Source: Ophelia neglecta
Taxonomy: Eukaryota
Assembly: GCA_965285935.1 (NCBI GenBank)
Contig: OZ260663.1
Coordinates: 63,736,001-63,800,000 of the forward strand
Length of the DNA stretch: 64,000 bases
Direction of reading: 5' to 3'
The notes below the pieces were generated by a model. It was not told the origin of the DNA. It ran no database searches and saw only the letters and a list, made by a program, of their open reading frames with translations. Positions 30,001 through 44,949 of this stretch are shown here, piece after piece; within the stretch, counting starts at the first letter, position 1, and each line of letters begins with the position of its first letter. Position numbers and translations under genes: made by a program.

Positions 30001-32018
30001 GTAAGAATGTTAATAGGATATTCAATTACTTGTAATACTCCCGACAGGCATAGAGTATTCAAGGAAATATCAGTGCAGCTAGCTAGCGGCAGATAGAAAA
30101 ACCGTGTGCACGTGTGTAGGACTACAGGAACTACACCTTGCGCAATCTTTTCTTGTAATGTTTGACCGGTTGACTGAACAAAGACTATCTTTTGAGCCAG
30201 CTCATGTTACAAAGAAAGTGTAGAAGACCTTGTATTCAAAAAAAGTAGTATGTGGCTAGAAACAAAAGCATAATACCAGGATTTCAACATAAATTTGGGC
30301 TCAGCGTCGCGGATCGAGGCTCATCTAGTGACATGTGTGCATAGGCCTATACATAAATGGAGTTTGTAAAGGTAGCTTTTATCGGAACATTATATGTCAC
30401 TGTCATTTAGGCCTATCCCACTGATCATCTTCGAGTTAACTGCTTCCCTACATGCATGCAAGATACAGAGAGCTAGAATAGACAATCAGAGCCGGGTGGA
30501 AAGGGCAATTTTGAATATTCTCTTCTGTGATATATTCCTGATTCTCAAAGCACATTAGTACCTACTACCTAATCCCATTATAAGTCTTATAAAAGCCCTA
30601 GTTAAGAGCAGAAAATACAAGGATGTGACAGGCGAGTTTAAATGCGAAGGGGAAGGAGAGGGCCTAATTAACTCTATTTTTGACAAGAGTGTCCAACACA
30701 TATGTTTTCCATTTCATACATAAGTTGAAAAATAGGTACTGATAGTTCCCCTGCCAGGCGCCTGGTATTTCGGGGGTAGTATCAGGACCGGTCAGTATAA
30801 TGTGACTGGGTGGGGTTCCCTGTCTGGTGTCTACGGCAGTTACTCCAGTGAGGCAGCACTGAGCATTGAGCCCACTGTCACAAGTAGGCACTGTGATGAT
30901 ATGACCGATGGTGAAACCCACATAAAACCCCAAACAACAACTTATGTGACTTTATCTGCATCCAGGGACACAATCAACACTTTGTTAGACTAGCTGACAA
31001 CAGAGGTGATAGTAACAACCAATTAGTCCTTATGATTGTCTGAGGAAGTCAGACTCTAGTAGCCAGTCTGGTGCTAATGCCTTAGTCTGGTTAAATCCAA
31101 TTGACACAGTACACTATTGTTTAAGGGCTATAAAACAAACACAGACCACTGATAGAATAAATAGATTCAGTCAGCCTAATGGCCAGACAGTTATTGTTTA
31201 AACAGTCTGGTTAACGCCATGAAGGAGAAAGTCCCTTGTAACAATTTGGTGATTCATACATCCCCACCCGAGTCCTTTAACTCACAATTTTCCAATGATT
31301 CACCAAATTTGAACATGATGGCCTTTAAAAGCCAAATGCTATTACTATTAGACCAAGTCTGTTTCAACCTTCTTTTAGGTATACATACATATTAAATATC
31401 ATATTCTTCCATTTACTGTGAAGTCCCAAAATAAGCTATAGATAAAACTTAAGGTGGGTTCTCTATTAGATATGTGTCTTTGATTAGATCATTTAAGGTA
31501 GGAATAATTTTTGTGTTGATATCATTTCAAATCAAACAGTATGCAACCCATACATCACAGCAAGTTATCCAGATAAAATTGTGTTTTACATGTTCAAAGA
31601 TCTTCCAAATAGCTAAACTTGATGTGAGCCTTTATGCACAAAAATGTACTATTTTATCCAATCTGACATTGGTAATATTTATCCTGACCAGTCCTTCTTG
31701 TTGTAAGCATTTAGTTTTAAACTAATATATTATAAATTATAAGATATCAATATTATTAATTGCTGTTCCCAAAATATACTTTCTTTAGGATAATCGTACC
31801 TAAAGTTAGGCATGCAAAAACATAAAATAACAGTTCTAGCTTTTCCTTGTCCTAGTTTGTTTTTTTCATGTGAATTGGACCATCTTACCACCTAAGTTTA
31901 ATATATAGTTCAAGTGTTGTGTTTCAGTATTTTCCAAAAACTGTATTACCAAATATATGAAACATAATTAAAACATAATTTGAACTATCAGTGTGTTTTT
32001 ATTTCAGAAATCAGAACT

Positions 32019-34017
32019 ATGGAGTTGACAATGCAGGCCACACAGAGTGAGAAGCATGGAGAACTAAGAACACTGAGTACAGACAACTCAGGTATAAAGG
32101 GCATGAAAAGAACATTGGGGGAAGAAAATGAAATTGTACCATCAACAAAGAAGGCCAAAATATCCACTGATGAGGATGGAATATCCGAAAAGTCAAAACC
32201 TTGCTCTAGTAAAACCCTTGAACAAAACAAGAATGGTTCTTCATTGGTATCTTTAGCAAGTCAGCCAGTTAAGAATGCCAATAATCAACCTGCAAATCTG
32301 ATCTCCAAAAGTACTAACAGAAAAGGCTGCCTGAAGCCTAAAAACAAGAAACAAAGTAACATAAATCAGGATTGCCCTAAAAATGATGCGCTAGTTCAGG
32401 GTAGAATGTCTTGCTTGGTTTGTCAAGGAAAATATAAAGGAACAATGTGCTATAAGGAGAATTATGTTGCTATGGACTGTGAATTTGTTGGAGTTGGCCC
32501 TCAAAGGATAAGTGCATTAGGTATGTGTGATGAAAATTTCTTAAGTTTCTAAGGTGTAAATAATGTATAACATGAAACTAAATGTTATTCGAGATATTTG
32601 CTGTATTTGGAAAGGGATGCGAATTAACCAGTGACTAATGATGTTGAGCTAAACAGACTGAAAGCCCAGCCAACTAATGACTCTTGATATCCCCTCATTG
32701 GATTCCAGTATTGTTTGGTCTGTGCTTGCTCTACATATAAGAAAAAAAATTGGAGCAACAAGGTGTCATTTCAAAATATTCCAGCAGGCTTTGAATTATA
32801 CTTTGACAAAGAATAGAGCCTAGCAGCTTTTCTGTTGGATCACTGTAGGAAGCTGTAGCTTCATAGGTGGCTGCCTTAGATTTTTTATCAGAATTATTTT
32901 GCAAGCGACAATATTTTGATATATTCTTTTCAGCCCGCTGCAGTATAGTTGACTGGGATGGCTATGTTGTGTGTGATTTGTATGTGTACCCTGAGAAGAA
33001 AATCACCGACTACAGAACTAGGTGGAGCGGCATCCGTCCTTATCACATGAACCAGGCTATTAGCCATCAGCATGCTTGTGAAATTATAAGAGGACATATA
33101 AAGGTGACCATTACATGATTTAAAAACTTTGCAATAAAAATGTTGAAAAGGTATCTAAATATAACAGGCTGGGAAACAAAAACTTTTTGTTGCAAAGTAA
33201 TGAAGTAGATTGGCTTATCAGCCTCATTTTACTATGTATAAGTTCATAATTAATATATGAAATATTAGTCCTAACAATATCTGCTACTTAGGTTCCCATA
33301 TTGCAGTATTTGTTAGGGCTTTGACCACGTCTATCTAGCAGCCATCGTAGTTTAATTACTGTCAATTTAATATAGGGTGGGATATGCATTGAGAAGTGCT
33401 GGTAACTAATATTGTTGCATTGTATACGTCTACATGTAGATGCTTTGGTTTTCAGGATAAGTTTGTCATAGGCCATGCAGTACACAATGATTTCAATGTA
33501 ATGCAGATCCAACACTCATTGGATTATGTGATTGACACTTCAAAATGTCGTGTCCTTCAACACATGTTTGGTTGTGATAATGGACAACCAGTTGGACTGA
33601 AACGTTTGACCAACAAACTTCTTGGTAAGTTATCAGTAGCACAAGAAAATTAAAATTAAATTAAAAAAAAATGAATGTTGCTTGGACTTTCTGATTATTG
33701 ATAGGTATTTCACCCATTGATTTTTGGTCCTTTTTGTTTTAATTTATTTAATACAATTTTTTTTATTAAGTTCAATGATACTTTCAGGAAGGACAATCCA
33801 GAAACGTCAACACTGCTCTGTTGAAGATTCCAGGGCGACTATGGACCTATTCAAACTGGCAACATGTTCTCATGATAGAAGGTATGCTAGTCACTCACTG
33901 CCTTTCCATGCTAGAAATGTACCTGGAAACTATGGACAATGGAATCCTCGAAAAAGGCAAGATTCAGGTTCCTATATGGCAGACCATTATTGGTCTCATT
34001 GTCTGCAGGACTACTAA
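32019..34017 (+). CDS. DEDDh 3'-5' exonuclease, AEN/ISG20L2/REX4-like, ~356 aa, 4 coding exons
   Basis: Exons 32019-32520, 32934-33103, 33456-33624, 33788-34017 (phases 1,0,1). ExoI YVAMDCEFVGVG, ITDYRTRWSGI, ExoII VIGHAVHNDF, ExoIII HCSVEDSRATMDL. Basic, low-complexity N-terminus. Confidence 0.93.
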
Positions 34018-35026
34018 TAAGACATTTATGTCTTCTATGAGTTATAGAAGAAAATTAATTACCAATGCAATGTTCTCTGGATACAAAAAACACTGCAGAG
34101 GACTGCAGAGGACTTGTAGGATGTTCTGTTATCATTTCCATAGGCCAGGTCATGCTGAATGATGATATGGTTTGTTAAACTGTTTGTTCACCGTTAAAGT
34201 TTTGTTTTAATTGCCTCAAGGTATGAAGGCTTGCTTATTAAATTTTGTTTTGTTGAAGAACAGTTTCTATATCTGTCAATACATGTAACAATGAAGTGGT
34301 GCTTCAAGCACTTTCTGTAATAATGCTTTGCATATTGCAAACCCTGGACCCTAATCAGTGTTCTCTCCCAGTCAGGCATCTGGCTAACCATTCTTGGAAC
34401 AAAGCTGTTTTAACCTGGCATGGTCATTTTAATCAGCAGGTAATATGTGGTCACATATTAAGATCTAGGTTTAACTAGTATTAATTTTCTATTAAATTGC
34501 CCTGTGGGCTTTACGATTAAGGAGAGGATGCAATGTACACATACATGTATCTGATATTGTAGAGAGTATGTCATCAGTTTGAATTGTTATAATCTGTAGA
34601 ACTCCTATTTCACCTGCTGATTTCTATTTAAGAGTTACATGTGAAAACCTGCTAACTGGCTCTAGACTTTGTTTGTCAGGCATTGTGTTTCAAATATCTG
34701 GTACAATTGTTAATCAGCAATAGATTACATTAGTTTCTTTTCACATACTGTGGAAATGTATGATAACCTCAAGAAAGCTTGTATATCTCTGGCTGGACAG
34801 GATTCATTACTTCAACAGCTTCTTCTTACCTTGGTAGTAAATTAGTAATTGTTAACTTGCTAATTCACCCATGTTTTGTCATGTTCACCCTATTACATCT
34901 GCATTCTATTTAAAATGCTAGGTAATTGTAATATTGGAAACTTATATCAGATTGAATTTATTGTAATATGTATGACTGAATAAACTATTCAAATTTATCA
35001 GTATGTTTTTGAAGAATAAAGGGATA

Positions 35027-35164
35027 CAGTAAAACCAGAGAGGTCTGCTTAACAAAAGGGAAACTAACAATAAATATATGTAGTACACATTTTGGGATTG
35101 TCGAAACTGTCCCATAGCAGAGGCGTTCGGTTTACGGAGGTGTTAATTTAGGGAGATTTTACTG
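35027..35164. mobile_element. Short Tc1/mariner-pogo-type MITE remnant
   Basis: TA|CAGTAAAA ... TTTTACTG|TA. Confidence 0.55.
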
Positions 35165-38100
35165 TATTGCAAAGAAATATAAATTGGTTTTTGATCAAAA
35201 AAAATTTATCCCTCATTCAACCAGCCTTGCAAGAGCATTCTCAGATACCTGCAGAGCATACAGCCAGGTTCCACATGCACCACTGATGGGTGTGGCAAAC
35301 AGTCTATAAGAGCCATGGCTGTCCTAGTCGGTTGGAGGGCTAGAATCTAGGAAGTCAAAAGTTGCCGCAGCAGTAATTAAACCCACACTCTATAACATGT
35401 GAAGCTAGCCAGTATCCATGCAGCAATAGAAGCACAATTGGTGTATTGGACCAGGGGCTCTGGCAATCAGCACACCTGGAACTTTTTGACTAAAATATGC
35501 TAGCTTTTCCATTATGTATGGAATAAAGACTCCTATCATATCACCATATTTTGAATGAAAAGATCCGTGGGATTCTTGTATATCAACTGTTTTATGCTTT
35601 TCAACAGCAAGCTCTTTGGTTTTACCAAAACAGTGTTATTTCCTTTGTAATGAAAAACTATCAAAAATAGGAAAATGACATCATGCAATTAACTGAACTG
35701 GCAAAATACTTGTGTGGATATAATGTTCAAAACTTGTTTCGCCTTTGCCGCACCAAACTTGTGTGATCCATTTCATCTGCTTATCAATTAGTTCATTTTT
35801 AAAAATTATTCTAAACTGCACAACAAAACGGAAAGAGAAAAAACATGTATACTTTTTCCATGCATTCTAAATAAGGTTCAGCTGTTAATTTTGTTTCAAA
35901 ACTGCTATATATATTTTAAGTTTATTGTTTTCGTCTGCACTGTCAAACCAAATAAATTCATAAAATTCTGAAACCCTTTCTTTCACATCTTTGAAAAGTC
36001 AAGAGTGCCATGGATGCTTTGATTATTCCATACATTTTCAAACACCTATCTAAATAGTCTAACATGCATTTTATAATAACTATTTCTCAAGGACTCTGAA
36101 TCAGAGGTGAAAAGTTTACCTAATATTTTACCTCTCTACATAGGGTTTTCAACCTTTAAACTGTGTGGTCTATACCATCAGAAATTACTCTTCTTTTGAG
36201 CTGCTAATTATTATAAACAAGACTCGATAAGTCGGTCAAATAAGAACAGATATTTTTTTTTTTACAAAACTTATTTGTAATTGAAAAATAACAAACAAAT
36301 AGATATTTTAGTTTATTGGACTTTTGGGCCATATTTACATTTTAGCCGTTTGGGACCGCTGACTATTTTGGGGCGTGTTTCTGCTAACTGAAATTCTTGT
36401 GCTATCTACCTGTTAAAGTCCATAATCTCGCACCGTAGAACCAAACCAAAGGAAAATAGCCAGTGATCACGATTTGTGTTTGAAATTTCGGTCTCTTAGC
36501 CATATCGAGGAGTGTCTTGTCGACTCCTTAGCCATAAAATGTATGCCTAACGAAAAAGAAAAGGTACCCCGCAGAGCATCCAGCTAGCATCCGCCTTAAC
36601 ACCCATCCCCATGGTGACATGGGCTGGTTATTATAATTAGTTGGGATTAAAGAATGAATCTTCGTTCCTAGGTCTCCGTCATGGTTAAAACCACGCAATT
36701 TAGAACTCTTGGCTTAACTGGTTCTTGGTAAAGGAGGCAGTCGTTATTATCGATGGTAGTCACACAAAGAATCCGCAGCCAAGCATTTATTACCGGTGAA
36801 AACATTAAGCATAAGCTATTATACCGGTGAAGGAGGATTTTCGATATACAAATTCGTATGGCCTTTTAATACTGGTTTATGACCAGACCTAATCTATACT
36901 GGTTTAATTGTGTATGTTCTTAGGTCACAATGCAAAGCCTTGGTAAACCTTTAACACCGAAAGTTAATTGTTCTTTATAGCAACTACTGGATTAAAATGT
37001 TTTACATAATATAAATGTATTAAGGCCGTACGATTTATATTTGTTGGTTTATAATACCGCCCTCACTTTGATTTGGGAAAAGAACAATATAAAATTAAAA
37101 TGGGAAAAAACATCTTTTTCCGCGTGTTTAATATTGCAGGCTACTCACGTTAGTATACATGTACTAGCTTATTTTACAATGATGTCTTGATACACCTAAT
37201 GTTACAAGGGAGTGTGTATGGTCAGGGAAATTCCAATATTCGTCCACTGAATAGCTTATAATTTAGTGTACCCTAATGCTGTATAAGCAGGAACACTAAA
37301 AAATCGACGACTAGGGATAATTTGGTCGTTTAATCTTAGTAAGGCAAACATCATCCTCTCAAAAAAAATCACTTTTTGTATCTTACTTCATTTAGAATAA
37401 ATATAACATGTTAAAAGCTATCAAACAACATGTTGTATAACAACATACAACCAAGATGTTAAAAAACAACATGAAAATGATATCCGTAAGTGTTGGACAA
37501 AAAGTGAAAGTCAACAGTCAACACCTTGAGTGTTTTATAATAATTTTCTATTTTATTTTCGCAAAATGCCTACTGCTATACCGTGTCTATGAATTCCCTG
37601 TATAACTCATGCTTTCATTTAACATATTGACAATTTCGTGACCCCGACCCTCCCCCACCCATTAAGATTTCGTTCCTTTTTCACGCTCGAGCTCCAAATG
37701 TGTGCTAATCACATGACTTTCACTTCCAAACTTACGGCCCCACCCCCACCCCCGCGCTCAGAGGGGATCTATAACGATGGATCACCCCCCTTGATATCAG
37801 TAAAAATAGAGGACTAGACCATATTGATATTTGCGCAAATCTAAGGCTAGAGGGGGGAGGAGGAAAAGGGTACCCACTTTGCACTGGCCGGAACCCTAGC
37901 TGATTCCTCCACTCAACTAACTTCTGTACTGACTGTCCTAAAAAAGTGTATTTTGAAAGCTAATAACTAAAAGTGTTCCTAAAGGTCTCCACTTATTTTT
38001 GAATCAATAAGAAGTTTAATTACTGAAAGTTGATAGGCACGCCCCAATAGAAATGACAAATATGCCCTCCCCCCCCCCCCCAACACCCGCCCCGATATTG

Positions 38101-38325
38101 TATGCAGGTACTTCAATTAAACACGCACCCTCACTACAAGGTAGGTGACTTTTACAACGCCGTGGTTTACTATTCTAATATGTTATCTTCAACTGATAAA
38201 ATCATATTGATAAGCTTTTCGAGTCCGATGTCCACGCTTGCTTTAAGATATTTCCTTACTTGATAGTACAGAGGTGACTTTGAACAGGACTAATCGACAG
38301 GTATAGCCAGGACACCTCTCCCAAT

Positions 38326-41300
38326 ATGAAGGCTTTCATCACTTTAGCTGTGTTTTTATCGGCATTAATGCTGGTTTCTGCACAAGAAAGTAAGTAGCGA
38401 TAGTTATTTTAATACTTTCTAGTTTATAAACATGTATATGGCTGAAACGCTTCATGCGCGACTTTTGATTTTAAGCTTATTTTTTAAATAAGAAATGTCT
38501 TTTAAGATACCCGTCATTCGCTTGTACACACGCCCGAATTCGTTAAAATTTGCTCACTAAACATGTGCGTTTAAACTATATTGAATGATCTTTTCTCGTT
38601 TTGTCCACTGCTTTGCTAAGTACTCTATTCCACACAAATTCTTCCCGAAAATGTGAAAAATTGTGAGCAATCGCGAGACAAGTCTACATATGTACAGGAA
38701 ATATTTGTATTTATAATCTTGGGAATAATATTAAATGGGATATCTGCAAAAGAGTTCATGAGTATGCATACCTTAAATTGATCCTATAGCACAACATTGG
38801 ACATATATTTCATATTGGCCTGTTCATTTGTATTATTGTTTTTCATGCAGGGTTTTAGGTACCATATATTATATCTATGTTATTATGTAAAACATAAAAC
38901 ATGCAGCAAGTTATAAAGACTTATTTTCGGATGGCTTCGCTTTATTGGGTTTAACTCTTCTCGAGACCTGTGAATGAAATAGGTCTATACCTGCATATAT
39001 TATATATATATATTTATGCAGCATGCTTGAAAGTAAAAAATGGCTGTATTCAAAGGTGTGTTACATTATTAAAAATAATCGATTTTTATAATATTGATGT
39101 CCAATATCTGACAAATTGTGCCGAAAAACTTCACAGTATACAAAAGCACAGAAAACAAAAATTCAAGTGTTAAAGGCCTAGACGGTTTTCTTTTAGCCCA
39201 TAATGGTATATAACGTAGGTATAACAAATTCATACTTAATAATAAACTGAGTTAAAACATCATATGTTTTGATCCATGTTACCACCTCAAAAATCGGGCC
39301 TCTAACCTATATATATTTTATATTTTATTAGTGTTTAGTAAAGCTGATTTATATTCATTCAGTTTAAAATCTTATCAATTAAATTCAAATAATATTTATT
39401 GCCGTGAAAGACAAAGTAAACTTGTACATTAGCTATTATATCTAAATATGATACCAAACGTCACATAACAATGAGAGTTGGCCAGGAGCTGCTGTGAAAA
39501 TGAAAAATGAATTTCATTTTTTCTTCTTTAAGTGGTAAAATCAAGCTACGGGTTACGGGCAACTTGTTTTATCATACGACTTCTTCCGTATACAATTAAT
39601 CCATATGCTACTAATCCATATCTAACTAATAACTTACTAGTATTCAAAATTGAAATATTGGCAGTGTACTGTTTGTTGCGTTTAGACAATTAATGTCACA
39701 CCTAAGTGCTTGTTAATTCTCAGTACGTAAATCCAATATGTGCATTGATGTATCATGCTTCAACTGTACATGCGTTAATTAATGCAAATAATATAGTAAA
39801 GCCATGTATACATAGGCAAATGAAATCAGGGAAAATAAACTAAGGCCATTGTTTGTTAGAACTGTGGTTTGCGTCACCAATAATGATGAATGTATATACA
39901 TTATACATGCATGTACAAGGCAGGCAAGGAAAAAATAACACGCACAGAGAAGGCATACATTTTAATACAAATTACCCGTGATAAAATTTCGAATATTTCG
40001 AAAGTCTAATGGGGCTACTTGACCAATTGTTTTGTGTGTGTTAGAACATTTTACACCAAGTGCACTGGAGTACAGAAGCGCGTTTAATGCAAACCCCATT
40101 TTTAACAAACATTGGCCTAAGCTGACTAATTAAACAAAGCACACGATACAGGTAGGCCACATTGACATGCATACACATTTCTCAAGTACTGACTTGCCTT
40201 GTTCGCTTTGTCCTTGGGAAGGACTTGAATGGATATTTGTTACCGGTGAAGGGTATATGAGACATATGTATCGAGTGCCTGTTTAAATTTCGCAACATGT
40301 GTTTGTCCATTCAACCTTTAACTTTGAAACTCTAGGCAAATACGCATCATCATGATATGATATATATCTTGCCAAGAGTATATTTTCAGAGTACATTTGA
40401 TTAATCTTGAGAACACCCGTGCATAAAATGAATCCCAATGGTGATTTATTGCTTTAAAAACATTAACCGGAACTGCCAAAGCACGGCGTATTGTTTTAAA
40501 AACATTAACATAATTTCCAAGCAAAGAAAGGCGAAGTGATTTTTTTTACGGCAGTTCCATGTTCTTTTATTTCGTGTTTTCTGAAGGGCGCAAGAAGGGG
40601 GAGGTGAAGCCTATTTCTTGTCAATTAACATGCCCATGCAGTGAACAATGATATTATCGACATACCTTTCAGTCATTAAATTCCATGATTTTTTTAAACA
40701 ATTTATGGATTTACAAAATATTGAGCATTTGCCTAAACTGACAAGCGACCGATGGTGCAAACGTCTTTCTCCAAAAAGAGAACTTCATGAAGAAACAGAG
40801 CTCCTGGTCCGTTTATTTCAGTCACACTACCGATATAGACACCAAACACATGTGTAGCCTATGTCACAGCTGTAGAATATTGTAGCAATATTGTAAAAGT
40901 AAAGTGGAACGTGTTCGGATAAAGGCTCAAAGACAACGGACGTTGAGAAGGTTAACTTAGCAATGCAAGTAGATGAAACCGAGAATAATATAGAAATATT
41001 GGCTACAGAAGGTATTGCAGTCATATTAGCCTGTAGCTAGTAGTGATATGTTCCAAAGGCTTAGTTCAAGGAATAAATCATTTTTTGAACATCAACATAG
41101 TTCATATTGTTTATGTAAAGCAAGCCAATATTGGTTTTATTGCGTTTTTTTCTGATAGGTTTGATTAAACCCTTTATATTTGGATCTCGAACACACTGTG
41201 CATCTCGGCCACGTTGGTGTTGATTTGAGTATTTATAATATATTCTGGTAAGCGCAAGCAATGAGAAATTCCTACTACTCCATTAAATAAAATAGTCTTC

Positions 41301-42047
41301 CTTGCTTCAGTATAGTTGTCAAGAACTTCAAAATGTGCATAGTAATGCGCATTAGATATTGGCCATAATATTTATCAAGAAAACATCATATTCGTCTTAG
41401 ACAATAAGAAGAATATCCTACTGAAGTGTGATTCTTGTTACTACTGACCACACTAGTCGCGGCGAGAATAACATCAGCTCAAGCTATAGACGACTGCCAT
41501 GGAATGGGTGAGAATAAACCGATAATGCAGGTGCTACCTTTCTGAAACCAATGAAAAGTCAAAAACCAATGAACGAAGCGAGCATAATATGAAAAATCGA
41601 TGAAGGAAGGAAATATAATTTTTATTCGGCTTATCACGTGAAAGGGGTTGACCAATCACACCATTGTCTCATTTGTACATACGTAATAAACTAGTAACGT
41701 AACACTGAGAAGCGACAAAAGCCATTTATTATACCAATACTTACGGCTAGATCTGTGTTTACATATAAATGTATAATAGTAGGCCCTTAATTCAGCGCTT
41801 TTATATACACTAAATCGCGATGGCAATTGCTTAAAGCTAATATTGAGCTTACTTGCACATTCTTTTCTTGCTTAGGTCTTGCCAAAATGCTACAATTGCT
41901 TTTTTGCTTGTAGGTATCAGGGCGAGGGAAGGCATGAATATAGGTTTGCACATTGGTATATCCCTGTTGCTGTGCTTCTCAATTCTGACCATATGTGTTT
42001 TGGGAGTCAACTTTATCAAGAAAAGATTTGTCAAAGGGCAGCCTTAG
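38326..42047 (+). CDS. Small signal-peptide single-pass membrane protein, copy A (family unassigned)
   Basis: Signal exon 38326-38389 MKAFITLAVFLSALMLVSAQE+A|gtaagt (64 nt, phase 1). Candidate phase 1-1 mini-exons at 41478-41507 (or 41457-41507) and 40961-41011. TM exon 41914-42047 (G)IRAREGMNIGLHIGISLLLCFSILTICVLGVNFIKKRFVKGQP*. The middle exons are uncertain. Confidence 0.7.
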
Positions 42048-42834
42048 GAGAAGTTCTTAAAGATGGAATCAGCAATAACATATGGACCACAAACTATCTA
42101 CACAGGATGTAAATATGCAAAGCAAGACTGCCCTAGTGTTTGCTAAGAAACACCAAAGACATTCTATATTTAAAAGCAGTTTGCTCTCGTTCATCCGATG
42201 CATGCTTCTGCAATAAGGCTACATGTTTTTGTTTTTTTTGTTCCTTTGCCTCACGTGGTTCCAGTGGATGTGAATTTTGGATGGCAATTTAGAAGTATTT
42301 TCTGCGGTTATTGCGGAAGTCATCACATTTCACACTTAGTAGAATGAATATAATACTCAAAAGCTGAATGTTTTCTAGGCCTATATATCTCGAGAATAAA
42401 TCTTACAATGTTATTTCAGAATAGTAATACATCTAGAGAGCAGTCCCACTACGAAAGAATAACATGTAATAAAGTCAGTTATAAGAAAATAATGACGGAC
42501 CCATGATTATTATTCACATGGCTACATATTAAATTATACAATTTTTCTCATGACAAACTGTATGTCTGTGGTTCGTGTCTATAAACAGAATTTACACCAA
42601 ACTATTTCATTATTAACTTCTACTAAAATTTGCAATAAATGACAGTTATATTCGAAATGCCAGTTCTCCTCTCTTTATTACCCAACTGGTAAATTACAAT
42701 TGCCAGGCACTACAAGTACGGGTAGGTGTATTTTTCTAAGATGTATGTGCGCTTTGTGCCTATAATTTTTGTCTGGAGTAGCTTTGCTTTGTGGTTTAAG
42801 CTGTTAAAATTGAATGCCGCTTTTTGTGTTTGAG

Positions 42835-43357
42835 CTGAAAATGCACCACAAAGGAGTCTACACAATGGTAAGTCATTTTTGCTTGTTGAGTAGGACTCGA
42901 ATACTATTTTTCAACATCACTGTAACGGTGAAAATCTTTGTGCAGGTTTAAAAAACTAAAACCGATGAAAATGTTTTGTTTAATTCATAAATATAATGTA
43001 GATCTACAGTCAGAAATGATTGGCGGAATTGTTTTTTGCTAGATCTAATTTTGCTTTTTTTTAGTCATGGGAAAAGATCTTTCTGCAGATATGAAAAATT
43101 GCTCTAGATCCTGTACTGGTTGTAGAAACTGCATTTTTAAATTTAACTACACCTTTGAAAAAAAAGTATTAATGGAGAACTTCCTTTTAGGTCATGACCC
43201 TAGAGCGGGCTGGCCAGTTTGGCAGAACCTTGCCATTGCTTTGGGAATGTGTTATGGCATACTGGCAACCTGTGTAATTGGAGTAAACTGCATTACCAAA
43301 AACTGTGTGAAAGAAGAAATGAGAGCTGCTTATATGAGGGCCCCGATCAGTGACTAA
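42835..43357 (+). CDS. Paralogous TM module, copy B (mini-exon plus TM exon; no own signal exon found)
   Basis: Candidate mini-exon 42835-42867 (xENAPQRSLHN G|gtaagt; unusual GAG acceptor). TM exon 43191-43357 (G)HDPRAGWPVWQNLAIALGMCYGILATCVIGVNCITKNCVKEEMRAAYMRAPISD*, aligning without gaps to copies A and C. Confidence 0.65.
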
Positions 43358-44949
43358 ATACAAGAATATCAACATTGTCTTCTAGGAGCTACATTTTTAA
43401 GTGCTACAGCTGTGATCAGCCAATATCATGAAAATAGATCATCAACTCTAATTCCCATCTAAGGATTATGGACTGTGCCCTCACAACTCCAGAAAATCCG
43501 AGTTCCCCAGTGGACACCCATGGTTATGTATGCAGCTTTCTATATAATACAATAGAGCAACTGTGGTAAACCAACACTTTTTTGGGGGAAATTGGACAGT
43601 CTGAACTGTAACACATCTGTTGCCAAAACTACAACACAGGAGAAATTAATCCCAGAAAAACAAAGACATGATAATAATATGTAATCCAGTGTTTTTTATT
43701 TCAGTAATTAATACCTTTGGCAATGTAAGACAAAACATGTGACTTAAAGATCATTTTACAATACTACAAATTGCTTTGTGCCACTATTATGGAATTTTGT
43801 TCAGATTACATACTGTAAAATGGAGAATTAACACAAATCTCATATTGAATTGAAAATTACAACAAATCTCATTTTGTATGATTCCAATAGGCCATGATGT
43901 TAAAAAAAAGGTTGTTATAATGCCTTGTAACATGTATTAACAATTTCATCATAACTTTAACATAAAAACACAAAACATTTTGCCAAGTATCATTTGTTGA
44001 TTGTTCATATCAGAGGCTGATCATATTTTCATTGCTGCAGCCTTAGCTGATAATGTACAGTATAACTTTTTGTTCATAACTGATGACACTGTCGCTTAAT
44101 TAACAATAGAGTAAATAGGGATTAGTGTACCAGTGCTATGTATTTAATAGTGACAGTACTGGTGATATGAATTTATACACCTCATTTTGAACAGTTCTTC
44201 CCCAATAATGTAAACATTGTAAATATAAAAGAACACTGACAAATAACTATACAATCTACAGTTAATGAATGAATTAAACATTAATTTAATAAAATCTGAC
44301 AAAAAATTAAAACTACTAGAAAACCTGTGCCAATGGATGAGTATTGCTGTTGCTGGCCATCTTAAAATTGCATTTTTGTTTTTCAACTTAACACTGCCTA
44401 ATATGACCAAAAGTTTGAAAGAAGTACATATAACAGCAAACATAAAATGCAGCTGGGAGACGCAACAAAATATTGAAAAATTTCAATATTGAATTTACAG
44501 AACATTTTTCGAGCAGCAACGACAGCTGTGTTAGATAAAACAAATATGAGATAACTGTTGACGATTGGGTGAGCATTGGTACAAGAAACAGCTGTGTGAT
44601 TAAACAGATCTTCTTCTAATATAATGAAAGTTCAGAGATTCCTATATTAATTAGTAGCCAATGTTTGACAAAAAACATATAAACTTGTTGATAATTCCTA
44701 GATTGGAAGTGGTTTAAACATTCCTTTGAGTGCAAGTCCTTATAGCTAAAGTTCTGAAAGTTGATGTTTTCTTTATTCTGCATCTTTGCCCGTACGTACA
44801 ATGACTTCCTGTTTTTCCATTATTGTCGGTCGAAGGTTCCAGGACTTATTCAAGTAGGACTCCCTCATGGTATCTTTCAACAATCTATTTTTCTATTATT
44901 TCTTTGAAATCTATGTAGATCATGCACCCTGATGTGAATGGGAGTAGAG

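Noticed and set aside
30660-30945. Possible SINE-like repeat in the exonuclease 5' intron
   Set aside because: It looks repeat-like but is single-copy in this window, with no clear Pol III boxes or TSD, so it cannot be supported without a library search.
41432-41507. Signal-peptide-like frame FLLLLTTLVAARITSAQA upstream of the copy A donor
   Set aside because: No ATG and preceded by an in-frame TGA. The 64-nt exon at 38326 matches the copy C signal exon far better.
42741-42867. Hydrophobic ORF MYVRFVPIIF...AAFCV-TGA-AENAPQRSLHNG, in frame with the copy B TM exon, suggesting a CxU selenoprotein
   Set aside because: The TGA (42831-42833) falls in a T-rich tract ending in AG that is more simply the acceptor of the 33-nt mini-exon. 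Paralogues have no Cys or Sec at this position and I could not identify a SECIS. A SECIS search of 43360-44100 plus junction reads would settle it.
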